Positions 34,171 through 45,779 of a stretch of 64,000 nt of DNA are shown here, piece by piece. Origin of the DNA: an uncultured Actinomycetota bacterium (GTDB lineage Bacteria > Actinomycetota > Actinomycetes > JAHEKZ01); assembly GCA_963829525.1 (NCBI GenBank), contig CAWHIJ010000003.1:768001-832000 (forward strand), in the 5' to 3' direction. The translations under genes were made by a program, and so were the position numbers. Position 1 is the first letter of the stretch. Each line of letters starts with the position of its first letter. Below the pieces are notes generated by a model. The model made no database searches and had not been told where the DNA came from. It saw nothing but the letters and a program-made list of their open reading frames with translations.

Positions 34171-36241
34171 AGGGCGATGCGCTCCCTTAGGTAGGGAAGC
34201 GGTCGCATGGGGTCGTCGCTGTCGATCTCACGCGCCAGCCGATGGCCGTCGAAGACCGACTCGCTGATCGGACGTGGGGCGAGCGCGTCTCCGATCGCGT
34301 AGACGGCCTCGATTCCGGCTGCTTGCAGAGCGGCTGGGTCGGCGAGCAGCTCTCGATAGAGCTCGTCGTCGGAGCGCTGCTGCGTCACCAGGACGATGCC
34401 AGTCGCACGTCAGCGACCACGGCCGCATCGAACTCGTCGGTACCGCGAACACCTGACTCGTCGACCGCCGTGACGACCGACGTCACGGTGCGGCGGTGAT
34501 TCCTTGCGCGTGAAGGTGCTGACGCAGCATGTCGCCCTCGAGCGACTGCGTCCGACAAGGGCGACACGATGCCGAACGGCGTCACCAGGTGGACGTCGTA
34601 GCCCTCTCCGGCCAGCTGCTCGGCGATTCCCGGCCCCGACGAAGTAGCCGTCAGTGTCGTACACGACGACGGTGCCAGAAGCAGGGTCGCTTGCTTTCGA
34701 GCATCACCTGCTCGGGAGTGAGCACGTGGGCGAGGGAAGCATCCGCGCCTTCGATGTCAGCGTGATCAGGCTGTACGCCGTCACCGCGCCAGGTAGATCC
34801 CGTCGCGACGATGACGATCTGGGCGCCGTAGTCGAGGACATCTGCCGCCGAGAGGCGATGCCCGGTGATGACCTCGACGTTGTCGAGCTTGGCGAGCTGG
34901 ATCGACCGGTAGTCGGTGATGCGCCCCCAGTCGCCAAGCGTCGGCAGCTGACGCGTCCACCGCATCCGGCCGCCGATCTCAGGTGCAGCGTCGACGAGGT
35001 GGACCGCCTCGAACCCACGCTTGCCGAGGACGATGGCGCACTCCATTCCGGCCGGCCCTGCGCCGACGACGAGCACGGCGCGGTCGGCGTTGCCCGCCCT
35101 CGTGAACAGCTCTGGGTGCCAGCCGCGTCTGTACTCCTCGCCGGCCGTCGCGTTCTGAATGCAGCGCGACGTGGTTGTAGACCTCCTCGCGCGCGATGCA
35201 CACGTTCGAGCCGGTGCACTCGCGTACCTCGTCGAGCCGACCCTCGCGGATCTTGCGTCGGCAGGAACGGGTCGGCAATGGCGGGACGGGCGGCGCCGAT
35301 GATGTCGAGTGCACGGGTGCGGACGATCTCGGCCATCAGGTCCGGCCGACGTGTAGCGGCCGACACCGACCACGGGCTTCTCGGTGGCTTCGCGGACCCG
35401 GTCCGTCCACGGACGTTCGTGGCCCTCGGGGTAGTAGCGCGACGTGCCGGAGTCCTCCGGCCAGACGCCGACGTTCACATCGAAGAGGTCGACCAAGCGG
35501 CGAAGCCATGCGAGATCAGCTCGAGCATGTCGTCGGTCTCGATGCCGGGCAGGCCCTCGCGCCCGTTGACCGGGATCCGAGTGGCGACCGCGCAGTCGGC
35601 GCCGACGGCGTCGCGGACGGCCTCCAGCGTCTCGAGCCAGAAGCGTCCGCGGTTCTCCAGCGTTCCGCCGTAGCGCGTCGGTGCGCTGGTTGAGATAGGT
35701 CGAGAAGAACTCCTGACAGCAGGTATCCGTGCGCGCCGTAGAGATAGACGATGTCGAACCCCACGTCTCTGGCCCGCCGGGCGGCATCCACCCACTCGCG
35801 CTGGATCCTGGCGATGTCGTCGGCATCCATCTCTTTGGGAAGGCCGCCCCAGATCAGCTGCGAACGGTGCTGGGTGGGGGCGACGCGGACGGCTCGCGAC
35901 TGCCCGTTCTCGCTGTGCGCTCCGCCGTGGAAGAGCTCGATGCCAGCAAGTCCGCCGTGCGCGTGAATGGCCTCGGCGGAGAGGCCGAGCGCCTTGGCGT
36001 CAGCGTCGTCCCAGAAGAGCGCCGAGACCGCGGGGGACTCTTCGCTCTCCAGTGAGAAGGACGTGTAGTCGACGCAGACGCCACCCCAGCCGCCTTCGGC
36101 CTTGATTCCCCGGAAAGCGGCGTGCGTACGCGGTCGCTCGACACCGAAGCCGGAGGCGTGCGGCACCTGGTAGAAGCGGTTGGGGAGAGTCTTGGGGCCG
36201 ATGTCGATGGGCTCGAACAGGACGGCGTGGCGGGGGTCCAC
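34167..36241 (-). pseudogene. Trimethylamine/histamine dehydrogenase-like iron-sulfur flavoprotein, heavily frameshifted (pseudogene or poor consensus)
   Basis: NRFYQVPH, KAEGGWG, YGAHGYL, YGGTLENRGRF, ARPAIADPFLP, CIQNATAGEEYRRGWHPE, GAGPAG, IGDALAPR spread over many frames. Confidence 0.8.
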
Positions 36242-36366
36242 GGTGCTCCTCGTCGTAGTGCCCGGTCGGCGACGCAGGCGCTTACTGATCCGCCAGTCAG
36301 TCTAGTGACAGAGCGTTCACCGCGCAGGGGTGTTGTTCGGAGCCGCTGCGGGCTAGCGTCGAAGCC

Positions 36367-37155
36367 ATGCACCTGACTGATGGAACCTTCGGATGGGTTG
36401 ACCTGCAGACGTCCGACGTGGCGGCGGCCAAGGCCTTCTACTCCAGCTTCTTCGGCTGGACCTACGACGACATGCCAACGCCGATGGGCGTCGACTACAC
36501 GATGTGCCATCTCGATGGCCAGATGGTCGCGGGAATGAGTCCCCAGCCACCGCACCTGGCGGCAGCCGGGGTGCCACCGATGTGGAACTCGTACGTGTTC
36601 GTCGAAGATGTCGACGCCATTGTGGCTGCTACTACGGCTGCTGGTGGCTCGGTGGTCGTGCCGCCGATGGACGTCATGGATTCCGGTCGCATGGCGATGA
36701 TCGCGAGCCCGGACGGCGCGGTGGTTGGTGCCTGGCAGCCGATCGAGCACGAGGGGGCAGAGCTTTTCAATGCCCCCGGTGCGCTGGCTTGGAACGAGCT
36801 GCAGTCACGCGACCTTGGCCCCGCGAGAGAGTTCCTGTCGACGGTCTTTGGCTGGCGCTGGGAAGCGCAGAATCCCGGAGGCATGGAGTACTACGTGGGC
36901 CACGTGGACGGCAAGTCCGACGACACCTCCAACTGTGGCGCCATGAACATGCCAGAGAGCGTCCCGCTAGAGGCGCCCAGTATGTGGATCGTCTACTTCG
37001 GCGTCGCGGACTGCGATGCCAGCGCCGACGCAGTGGCCGGCCTCGGTGGACAGCTCTTCATGCGTCCGATGGAGATGGGTCCTGGGAAGTTCGCTGGAGC
37101 CACCGATCCGACAGGGGCGATGTTCTTCTTCGGGTCGTTCCCCGACTCGGCCTGA
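36367..37155 (+). CDS. VOC/glyoxalase-family protein (Cfp32/TB27.3-like, two domains)
   Basis: WVDLQTSD..AAKAFY..FGW, GRMA...PDGA, WNEL, WIVYF, DPTGA. Confidence 0.9.
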   Translation: MHLTDGTFGWVDLQTSDVAAAKAFYSSFFGWTYDDMPTPMGVDYTMCHLDGQMVAGMSPQPPHLAAAGVPPMWNSYVFVEDVDAIVAATTAAGGSVVVPPMDVMDSGRMAMIASPDGAVVGAWQPIEHEGAELFNAPGALAWNELQSRDLGPAREFLSTVFGWRWEAQNPGGMEYYVGHVDGKSDDTSNCGAMNMPESVPLEAPSMWIVYFGVADCDASADAVAGLGGQLFMRPMEMGPGKFAGATDPTGAMFFFGSFPDSA

Positions 37156-37172
37156 CCGCTCCGTTTGCCGAC

Positions 37173-37206
37173 AGCCCCCGGGCGAGACCGCCGGTCTCTC
37201 GGGGCT
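37173..37206 (+). terminator. GC-rich hairpin after the VOC gene
   Basis: AGCCCC..GAGACC-GCC-GGTCTC..GGGGCT. Confidence 0.5.
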
Positions 37207-37291
37207 AGGCTCCGATCATCGGTAGGCGGTCGCCGGGACCAGCTCAATGTGGGGCGGCCTGGACGTGCCAGAGTTGAAGGTGAGGCCCCGC

Positions 37292-38467
37292 GTGGACCTG
37301 TTCGAGTATCAAGCCAAAGAGCTCTTCGCCAGGCACGATGTTCCAGTTACCCCAGGGACGGTCGCGCTCACGACGGCCGAGGCCAGAAGCGCCGCTGAGA
37401 GGTACGGCGGGCTCGTCGTCGTCAAGGCCCAGGTCAAGACCGGCGGACGCGGAAAGGCCGGCGGCGTCAAGCTCGCCGACTCGCCAGACGACGCAGAGAC
37501 CAAAGCTGGCGACATCCTCGGTCTCGACATCAAAGGGCACGTCGTGCGTCGGCTGCTCATCACCCCGGCTGCCGACATCGAGACCGAGTACTACGTCTCG
37601 TTCCTGCTTGACCGCGCCAACCGCACCTACTTGGCCATGGCCAGCGTCGAGGGGGGCATGGACATCGAAGAGGTAGCCAGAACCAAGCCCGAGGCTCTGG
37701 CCATGGTGCCGATCGATGCTCTGACCGGCGTCGACGCAGCCAAAGCGCGCGAGATCGTTGCCAAGGCTAACTTCCCCGTGGACGTCGCCGACCAAGTCGC
37801 AGAGGTCCTGCAGAAGCTCTGGCGCGTGATCGTCGAGGAGGACGCCACTTTGGTCGAGGTCAACCCCCTCGTGAAGACGCCAGATGGTCAGATCCTCGCG
37901 CTCGATGGCAAGGTCACCCTCGACGAGAACGCAGACTTTCGCCATCCGGACAACGCCCAGTACGTCGTTCACGATGAGACCGACCCGCTCGAGGTCGCCG
38001 CCAAGGCCAAGGACCTCAACTACGTCAAGCTCGACGGATCTGTCGGCATCATCGGCAACGGCGCCGGTCTTGTGATGAGCACTCTCGACGTTGTTGCGTA
38101 CGCCGGTGAGGAGTTCGGCGGCGTCAAGCCGGCCAACTTCCTGGACATCGGTGGTGGCGCATCCGCCGAGGTGATGGCCAATGGGCTGGAGATCATCCTC
38201 AGCGACGCGCAGGTGAAGGCCGTATTCGTCAACGTATTCGGCGGAATCACGTCCTGCGACGCCGTGGCCGAGGGCATCGTGCAGGCATTCACGATGCTCG
38301 CCGAGCGCGGCGATGCGGTAGACCGACCGATTGTCTGCCGCCTCGACGGCAACAACGCGGCAGAGGGTCGCCGAATCCTTGACGAGGCTGAACACGACGT
38401 TGTCGAACTCGTGGACACGATGGATGCTGCGGCCCGTCGGGTCGCTGAACTCGCGGCTGCGAAGTAG
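37292..38467 (+). CDS. sucC: Succinyl-CoA synthetase beta subunit
   Basis: [47 protein letters not shown]. Confidence 0.97.
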   Translation: MDLFEYQAKELFARHDVPVTPGTVALTTAEARSAAERYGGLVVVKAQVKTGGRGKAGGVKLADSPDDAETKAGDILGLDIKGHVVRRLLITPAADIETEYYVSFLLDRANRTYLAMASVEGGMDIEEVARTKPEALAMVPIDALTGVDAAKAREIVAKANFPVDVADQVAEVLQKLWRVIVEEDATLVEVNPLVKTPDGQILALDGKVTLDENADFRHPDNAQYVVHDETDPLEVAAKAKDLNYVKLDGSVGIIGNGAGLVMSTLDVVAYAGEEFGGVKPANFLDIGGGASAEVMANGLEIILSDAQVKAVFVNVFGGITSCDAVAEGIVQAFTMLAERGDAVDRPIVCRLDGNNAAEGRRILDEAEHDVVELVDTMDAAARRVAELAAAK

Positions 38468-38477
38468 GGGGGCTCAC

Positions 38478-39359
38478 ATGTCGGTCTGGCTCAACTCTGA
38501 CAGTCGCATCCTCGTCCAGGGGATCACTGGCTCCGAAGGCACCAAACACACCCGCCGCATGGTGGCGTCCGGATCAACGGTTGTTGCGGGTGTCACCCCT
38601 GGCAAAGGTGGCCAGACCGTTGACGGAGGTAAGGGCGACATCCCCGTCTTCGGTTCGGTCTCTGACGGTGTCCAGGCAACAGGTGCTGACGTCGCGGTGG
38701 TGTTCGTCCCTCCGCGCTTTGCCAAGGCGGCAGTCATGGAGACTGTCGACGCCGGCGTCCCCCTGTGCGTGGTCATCACCGAAGGGATCCCCGTCGGTGA
38801 CACCGCGCAGTTTTTCCAGTATTCGCAGAACGCAGGGGGCACGCGGATCATCGGGCCGAACTGCCCAGGCATCATCAGCCCAGGGCAGTCGAATGCCGGC
38901 ATCATCCCTGCGACGATTGCTGGGCGTGGGCCGATCGGGCTGGTCAGCAAAAGCGGAACGTTGACTTACCAGATGATGTACGAGCTCCGCGAAATCGGCT
39001 TCTCGACTGGCATCGGGATCGGGGGAGACCCCGTGGTGGGGACCACGCACATCGACGCATTGGCGGCGTTCGAAGCGGACCCCGAGACCGAAGCCATTGT
39101 GATGATTGGCGAAATCGGTGGGGACGCCGAGGAGCGAGCAGCCGCTTACATCGCCGACAACGTCACCAAGCCGGTGGTCGGCTACGTCGCTGGTTTCACC
39201 GCCCCCGAGGGCAAGACCATGGGCCACGCCGGTGCCATCGTGTCCGGTTCGTCGGGAACAGCCGCGGCCAAGGCCGACGCTCTCGAGGCAGCCGGCGTTC
39301 GGGTCGGCAAGACACCGAGCGCGACAGCAGCACTCATGCGCGACCTCGTCGGCGGCTGA
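38478..39359 (+). CDS. sucD: Succinyl-CoA synthetase alpha subunit
   Basis: [30 protein letters not shown] phospho-His. Confidence 0.97.
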   Translation: MSVWLNSDSRILVQGITGSEGTKHTRRMVASGSTVVAGVTPGKGGQTVDGGKGDIPVFGSVSDGVQATGADVAVVFVPPRFAKAAVMETVDAGVPLCVVITEGIPVGDTAQFFQYSQNAGGTRIIGPNCPGIISPGQSNAGIIPATIAGRGPIGLVSKSGTLTYQMMYELREIGFSTGIGIGGDPVVGTTHIDALAAFEADPETEAIVMIGEIGGDAEERAAAYIADNVTKPVVGYVAGFTAPEGKTMGHAGAIVSGSSGTAAAKADALEAAGVRVGKTPSATAALMRDLVGG

Positions 39360-39416
39360 CACTCGGCCGGCTGTTGAGGGCGCGCCTCCATCGTCTGAGG
39401 CAGTCGTCTTGCGACG

Positions 39417-40716
39417 ATGGCGGGGATGACGACCAGCTCACGGCCCGCGCGCCCCGCTACGCGCACATCGCGAGCGAAGGCCCACAGCCACGACTCTGTC
39501 AGTATCGCGTTTGCTGCAGCTGTTTCGGCGGCGCTGGTGGTGCTCATCGGCGTTGCACTGGCTTTCATCGTCACGCTGGGATCCTGGGCACTGGCACCCC
39601 ATGCGGCTGAAACCGGCCCTGACGTTGCAGCCCGAGTCGCAGTCGGCCTTTGGCTCTATATCCACCATGTGCCGCTCGACATTGGCACTGTGTCCTTAGG
39701 CCTGGTCCCCCTTGGACTGCTCGTCATCCCTGGGCTACTCACCTACGCCGGAGGCCGTCAGGTGGCGCGAATGGTGCGCCCGCAGAGCCTCACCGATGTG
39801 ACCAGGGCGGTCATCCCCTTCGCCCTGGTCTACGGACTCCTGGCCGCAGTCGTGGCCGGAGTGGTGCGCTCGGAGGTCGTGCAGCCAGCACCGCGCACTG
39901 CTTTCGTCGCGGCAACGCTCATTGCTGCTATCGGAGGAGGGCTGGGGCTTCTGCGGGCGTCCGGTCTGCTGCGTGAGGCCATCGAGGTGGTTCCCGGTCC
40001 GGCTCGCGGACGTCGCGGCGTCCGCGGTGGCTGGGGTGGCGACCGTCGTCATGGTCGGCGCAGCGCTCACCACCATCGCCCTTGCCATCGGCTTCCCCGA
40101 TGCCGCCGAGATGTTCCGGGCGTTAGACGCCGGATGGTCGGGGGTTCCTGTGCTCGTACTGCTCACGGTGGCCTTTGTGCCGAATCTCGTCTTGTGGACG
40201 GTCTCCTTCACCACCGGTCTGGGCTTCCCACTGGGCACCGGCGGTGTTGTCTCCCCCAGGAGCGTGGACTACGGCGCGCTGCCGGTGTTCCCACCCCTTG
40301 CCGCCCTGCCGCCGCAGGGTGACCCGGGAATCTGGGCCTACGTTGCTCTGGCTGCGCCATTGCTGGGCGGGTACGCGGTGGCGGCTGTTCAGCATCGTCG
40401 ACAGGGTCACATCCCGGTCGAGCATCTGGCAGCCCGTGCCGCGGCCGGCGGAGCCCTTGGTGGGCTCGGGATCGGCGTGCTCTGCTGGCTGAGTGCCGGT
40501 TCGGTGGGGAACCAGGCATTGAGCTCGCTGGGGCCGGTCGGTTGGCGGGTAGGTCTCGTTGCCGGGCTGGAGATGGCTCTGGTGAGTGCTGTCGTGGCCT
40601 GGGAGCTGCATCGTCGCGCCGGCTCAGCTGGAGGGCGACTCATCGATCTGAGGGATCGGGTGTCGCTGCCGCCAAACCTTGCCCAGCAGGTGAAGACGGC
40701 ACTCCGCCGCAAGTAG
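39417..40716 (+). CDS. PerM/DUF6350-family membrane protein, frameshift near 40000
   Basis: Many TM helices, WLYIHHVP, FVPNLVLW, LPVFPPLAALP; canonical sucD-perM-purN position. Confidence 0.82.
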
Positions 40717-40732
40717 CCCCCCAGTAGGGTTC

Positions 40733-41347
40733 GTGACCGTGGCTCGTTCCCGCTTGGTCGTCCTGGTCTCCGGAGGCGGCACCAACCTGCAGGCGTTGAT
40801 CGACGCCTCCGACGCTGCTGAGTACCCGGCAAATGTCGTGGCAGTTGGGGCCGATCGCCCGGAAAGTGCAGCCCTGGAACGGGCGACGGCTGCCGACATC
40901 CCCACCTTTGTTGCTGCGCCGAGCCAGTACAACGACCGAGCGTCATGGGATGTCGCGCTGACGGAGGCTACCGCCGTCTACCGACCAGACCTCGTCGTGC
41001 TGGCCGGCTTCATGCGGTTGGTCGGCCCGATATTCCTTGAACGGTTCCCTGGCCGAGTCATCAACACTCATCCCGCACTGTCGCCCGCATTTCCCGGGAT
41101 GCATGGCCCCCGCGATGCTCTGGCGTACGGAGTCAAGGTCACGGGCTGCACCATCTTTGTCGTCGATTCCGGAGTCGACACGGGGCCGATCGTTGCACAG
41201 GTGGCGATCCCGGTCCTCGATGACGACGACGAGGAGAGCTTGCACGAGCGGATCAAAGAGCACGAGCGAGATCTGCTCGTCAAGACCGTGGCCGACCTGG
41301 TCACCGACCGTTATCGCATCGAGGGAAGAAAGGTCGTGCGCCCGTGA
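40733..41347 (+). CDS. purN: Phosphoribosylglycinamide formyltransferase
   Basis: [27 protein letters not shown]. Confidence 0.97.
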   Translation: MTVARSRLVVLVSGGGTNLQALIDASDAAEYPANVVAVGADRPESAALERATAADIPTFVAAPSQYNDRASWDVALTEATAVYRPDLVVLAGFMRLVGPIFLERFPGRVINTHPALSPAFPGMHGPRDALAYGVKVTGCTIFVVDSGVDTGPIVAQVAIPVLDDDDEESLHERIKEHERDLLVKTVADLVTDRYRIEGRKVVRP

Positions 41348-42909
41348 CGCAGCGCCCCGTTCGTCGAGCTCTGGTGAGCGTCTACGACAAGACCGGTCTG
41401 ACCGAGCTGGCTCAGGGATTAGCTGCCGCGGGCGTGAGCCTGGTATCCACCGGGTCGACAGCCGCGCGGATCGCCGAGGCCGGCGTCCCGGTCACGAAGG
41501 TGGAAGACCTCACGGGATTTCCTGAGTGTCTCGACGGGCGGGTCAAAACGCTTCACCCGCGGGTGCACGCTGGAATCCTGGCTGACAGGCGCAAGCCCGA
41601 CCACGAGCAACAGCTGGTCGACCTCGGAATCGAGGCGTTTGATCTAGTCGTCGTCAATCTCTACCCCTTCAGGCAGACCGTCGACTCGGGAGCATCCTCG
41701 GACGAGTGCATCGAGCAGATCGATATCGGCGGCCCGTCGATGGTGCGTGCCGCTGCCAAGAACCATCCCAGCGTCGCTGTTGTCGTGTCGCCGGAGCGGT
41801 ATGCCGAGGTGTTGGATGCGGTGCGTGCGGGTGGCTTCACACTCGAGCAGCGTCAGCGGCTCGCGGCGGACGCCTTTGTGCACACGGGCACTTACGATGT
41901 CGCCGTAGCCTCGTGGATGAACAGCGTCGTTGCGCCTGAAACGGACGGGAACGGCTTCCCATCCTGGATCGGCGGCACCTGGGATCGGGAAAGCGTTCTT
42001 CGCTACGGAGAGAATCCGCACCAGCGGGCGGCGCTCTACACGAGTGGTTATGGTCCTGACGGACTCGCTCAGGCTCAGCAGCTGCACGGCAAAGAGATGT
42101 CTTACAACAACTACATCGACGCAGACGCCGCTCGTCGCGCGGCCTACGACCACGGCGCAGCATGCGTTGCGATCATCAAGCACGCGAACCCATGTGGCAT
42201 TGCAGTCGACTCCGCGAGCGTTGCGGTGGCTTATCGCAAGGCGTTCGAGTGCGACCCCGTGTCGGCGTTCGGTGGCGTTGTCGCGAGCAACCGGCCCATC
42301 ACGTTGGCGATGGCCGAGGCAATGGGCGATGTCTTCACAGAGGTGGTGGTGGCCCCCGACTTCGAGGCGGATGCGCTCGAACTTCTGCGCGAGAAGAAGA
42401 ATGTGAGGCTGCTGCGGTGCGCCCCTGTTCCGGATGGCGAGGCGATCGAGACCCGGCCGATCAGTGGCGGTCTGCTGATGCAGATTCGCGACGCGCTGCA
42501 AGCCGATGGCGACGACCCCGCGAGGTGGACCCTTGCGGCCGGTGCAGCCTCAGATAATGCCACGCTGCGGGATCTTGCCTTCGCCTGGCGCTCCTGCCGG
42601 TCGGTGAAGTCGAATGCCATTCTGCTGGCCAGCGACGAGGCAAGCGTCGGTGTGGGCATGGGACAAGTGAGCCGGGTCGACAGCGCCAAGCTGGCGGTGA
42701 TGCGGGCGGGAGCCGAGCGGGCCTCCGGATCGGTAGCGGCGTCGGATGCCTTCTTCCCGTTCCCCGATGGGCTGAACGTTCTCATCGATGCGGGGGTGCG
42801 CGCGGTCGTTCAGCCAGGCGGCTCGGTGCGCGACGACGAGATCATTGCCGTCGCTGAGGCAGCCGGCGTGACGATGTACTTCACTGGGACCCGACACTTC
42901 TTCCATTAA
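41344..42909 (+). CDS. purH: Bifunctional AICAR transformylase/IMP cyclohydrolase
   Basis: [49 protein letters not shown]. Confidence 0.98.
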   Translation: MTQRPVRRALVSVYDKTGLTELAQGLAAAGVSLVSTGSTAARIAEAGVPVTKVEDLTGFPECLDGRVKTLHPRVHAGILADRRKPDHEQQLVDLGIEAFDLVVVNLYPFRQTVDSGASSDECIEQIDIGGPSMVRAAAKNHPSVAVVVSPERYAEVLDAVRAGGFTLEQRQRLAADAFVHTGTYDVAVASWMNSVVAPETDGNGFPSWIGGTWDRESVLRYGENPHQRAALYTSGYGPDGLAQAQQLHGKEMSYNNYIDADAARRAAYDHGAACVAIIKHANPCGIAVDSASVAVAYRKAFECDPVSAFGGVVASNRPITLAMAEAMGDVFTEVVVAPDFEADALELLREKKNVRLLRCAPVPDGEAIETRPISGGLLMQIRDALQADGDDPARWTLAAGAASDNATLRDLAFAWRSCRSVKSNAILLASDEASVGVGMGQVSRVDSAKLAVMRAGAERASGSVAASDAFFPFPDGLNVLIDAGVRAVVQPGGSVRDDEIIAVAEAAGVTMYFTGTRHFFH

Positions 42910-42920
42910 CAGGAGAGACC

Positions 42921-43238
42921 ATGAGCGGATCGCATCAAGTCCCTGCCACGAGCTCCGCGCCGGGCGGTCAGCTACGTCGGCTGTCGCTGTCTCTGCTCGT
43001 GGGAGGGCTGATCGCGCTCGGCATCTCAGTGATAGTCCAATGGGCGCAGTTCGGGGGAAGGTTCTCGATGCGTGGTGACTTCGGAGGCGGGTATGGAACG
43101 GCGCTGCTTGTCCAACTTCTCAGCGTCCTCGGAACCGTCTCATTGACGGGTGCCGTCTTCGGTTTCCTGCTGCTCGCGATGCGCGCTGATCGCGAGGGCC
43201 ATGGTGCTCCTAGCGTAGGTGCCGAGGATCTCGAATGA
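42921..43238 (+). CDS. Hypothetical membrane protein (2 TM)
   Basis: RBS AGGAGAG, ATG, two hydrophobic helices. Confidence 0.6.
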   Translation: MSGSHQVPATSSAPGGQLRRLSLSLLVGGLIALGISVIVQWAQFGGRFSMRGDFGGGYGTALLVQLLSVLGTVSLTGAVFGFLLLAMRADREGHGAPSVGAEDLE

Positions 43239-43306
43239 GGCGAACCTGCGAACAGACAACATTCGGTGATCTGTCCTTCGCCTAGCGTGCCCTGTCGGTA
43301 CCGGCT

Positions 43307-43687
43307 TCAGTCGACGATTACGCGGTGCTCACCTTCGGCAACCCAGGACAAGACCTCGGTTCGTGACAGTGTGCGGTGGCCGCAGTCGCACCAAGCCGGG
43401 AGTGCGTCATCGGCAGTGGGCTGTGCGACGCTCAGTAAGTCGAGCCATCGGGTCGGCTCGTGATCGCCATGGGGTACGTCGGGCAGGTCGAAGGATCCGT
43501 GGCTCCTGGCCCGGACCGGGGCGGCGTAGATCAGTCCGAGATCGGTGGCGTAGACGGTAGCGACATGGTGACTCTTCGCGCACTGCACGCGAAGGATGAT
43601 GGCGTCTCGTCCGCTGTGGGGGAGTGCGGCCAAGACTTGGTCTGCCTGCTGGCTGCGTAACTCATGTGATCCTGTTGTTGTCCGCAT
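43307..43687 (-). CDS. Hypothetical protein with Cys/His motifs
   Basis: VQCAKSHHVA and AWCDCGH; fills the gap between plus-strand genes. Confidence 0.6.
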   Translation of the reverse strand: MRTTTGSHELRSQQADQVLAALPHSGRDAIILRVQCAKSHHVATVYATDLGLIYAAPVRARSHGSFDLPDVPHGDHEPTRWLDLLSVAQPTADDALPAWCDCGHRTLSRTEVLSWVAEGEHRVIVD

Positions 43688-43767
43688 ATCTCAAGGATCC
43701 GCGGTCCTGGGCGCTGCTGCCAGGGTCCAACGGTCCACAGGATCCGGCCCCGCCCTAGGCTCGTCAC

Positions 43768-44826
43768 GTGACTTACCGGATGCCCGCTGAGTGGGAGCGC
43801 CACACCCGGACCTGGATGGCGCTGCCCCCTCCTGGTGGATACGTGGCCACCGAGGACCCGCCCGCGCTGGACGCGTGGATCGCGACGGCTAACGCCGTGA
43901 CGGTGTTCGAGCCGGTGTCGCTTCTTGTAGATGCCTCAGAGGTGGAGCGAGTCAGCGCCCTGATCGCACCAACGGTCGAGCTTGTGACGGCCGACTTCGA
44001 CGACGGCTGGCTGCGCGACAGTGGACCGACTTTCGTGATCGATGACTTCGATGGAACGCTCGCCGCTGTCCACTGGGTATTCAACGCGTGGGGTGGAATC
44101 CAAGAGCACGCGCGTGACGCACGCATCGGCGGTTTCGTTGCCGGCCGCGCGGGTGCATCGGTGGCTTCCAGCCAGATGGTGAACGAGGGTGGCGGCATCA
44201 GTGTCGACGGTGAGGGCACGGTGATCGTGACTGAGTCGGTGCAGTTGCACCAGCGCCGCAACCCAGGCTGGACTAAGCAACAGGTCGAGGAAGAGCTCGC
44301 CAGGACGATCGGTGCGACCACCGTTATCTGGCTGGAGCGTGGGCTGATGGGCGATATGCAGCAGTACCGTCCGGAAGTCGGCACGAACGGCCACGTGGAT
44401 GTGTTGGCAGCCTTTGTCCGGCCGGGAGTGGTCGTCGTCCACGGGCAGCCGGACCCGGCACATCACGACCACGCAGTGATGACCGAGAATGTCCACCGTC
44501 TGCAGGAAGCCCGCGACGCCCAGGGCAGAGCGCTTGAGATCATTACCATCGACGCGCCGAGGGATACCGTCGTCGATGGGGTCTCGATCGACCACAGTTA
44601 CATCAACTTTTCGTACGTCAACGACGGCTTGGTCATGTCGACGTTCGGCGATGCGAAAGCCGACGCGAACGCAGCCCGGATCTTGCAGGACCTCCACCCG
44701 GAGCGTCAGTTGGCCCAGGTGAACGCTGTGCCGATCTTCCGCAATGGGGGCGGTGTCCACTGCATCACCCAACAGGAGCCGGACGTCAGCGCCAAGCCGC
44801 TCGCGAGGAGTGACCTATCAGACTGA
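43768..44826 (+). CDS. aguA: Agmatine deiminase family protein
   Basis: YRMPAEWERH, WLRDSGP, NEGGG, NGHVD, SYINF, GGGVHCITQQ catalytic Cys. Confidence 0.92.
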   Translation: MTYRMPAEWERHTRTWMALPPPGGYVATEDPPALDAWIATANAVTVFEPVSLLVDASEVERVSALIAPTVELVTADFDDGWLRDSGPTFVIDDFDGTLAAVHWVFNAWGGIQEHARDARIGGFVAGRAGASVASSQMVNEGGGISVDGEGTVIVTESVQLHQRRNPGWTKQQVEEELARTIGATTVIWLERGLMGDMQQYRPEVGTNGHVDVLAAFVRPGVVVVHGQPDPAHHDHAVMTENVHRLQEARDAQGRALEIITIDAPRDTVVDGVSIDHSYINFSYVNDGLVMSTFGDAKADANAARILQDLHPERQLAQVNAVPIFRNGGGVHCITQQEPDVSAKPLARSDLSD

Positions 44827-44852
44827 GCGAGAACCGACGCGCCTCGGCGGTC

Positions 44853-45775
44853 GTGGCGTTTGGAGCGGGTCTCATCGTCGCCGTTCAAGGTCGGATCAAC
44901 GGTGAAGTCGGTGATCTCACGGGCAACGGCGTCCTTGGCGCCCTTCTCAACTTCACTGTGGGGTTGCTGCTGCTCATCGTGCTGGTTGGCGCGCGCAAGG
45001 TGACCCGAAGACGCTTTGCGGACACTCCCGTCGCTGGTCGGCCCGATCGGCCTGCCGTGGTGGACGCTCTTGGGTGGAGTCGGTGGAGCGATCTACGTCA
45101 CCGGACAATCCACCACGGTGGCGGTACTCGGCGTTGCACTCTTCACCGTGGCCACCGTGGCCGGATCGACCGGTGCCGGCCTGCTGGTGGACAAGGTCGG
45201 CCTGGGGCCCGGAGGGCGTGTTCCGGTGACGGCCTGGCGGGTCGTGGCGGCGCTTGTGGCGGTCGTCGCCGTCTGGGTGGGCTCTGGCGGCAGAGACGCC
45301 GAGGGTGCCGTCTCCATTCCGTTCCTGCTCCTGGCCCTGGTCGCAGGGGCGGCTGGTGCCGTTCAAGTGGGGCTCAACGGTCGGGTCTCCACAGCGACTG
45401 GTCAGCCCCTCGTCGCCACGCTCGTGAACTTCGTCGTCGGAATGCTGACACTGCTCGGCATTGTGGCCATGCAGTCGATAGTGGACCCGGCTGGTGTCGG
45501 GTCCCTGAAACCGGTAGCGGAGAAGCCGTGGCTGCTTGTCGGGCGGTGCCATGGGCGTTCTCTTTGTGGCGGGAGCTGCCTGGTCGGTGCGGGCTCTCGG
45601 GGTGCTCCTGCTTTCGTTGATCGTCTTGGCCGGGACGCTCGTGGGTGCGGTGGCTGTCGATCTCGTGCTACCGACCGAGGGGGCGACCGTCAACGGTTAC
45701 CTGGTGGTCGGCATCGCGCTCACGTTTGCATCGGTGGGGTTGGCGGTCATACGGCGGCGCGGTGGCCAGGCGTGA
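44853..45775 (+). CDS. DMT-superfamily transporter (YdcZ-like, two repeats), frameshifted
   Basis: [41 protein letters not shown] across three frames. Confidence 0.8.
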
Positions 45776-45779
45776 CAGG

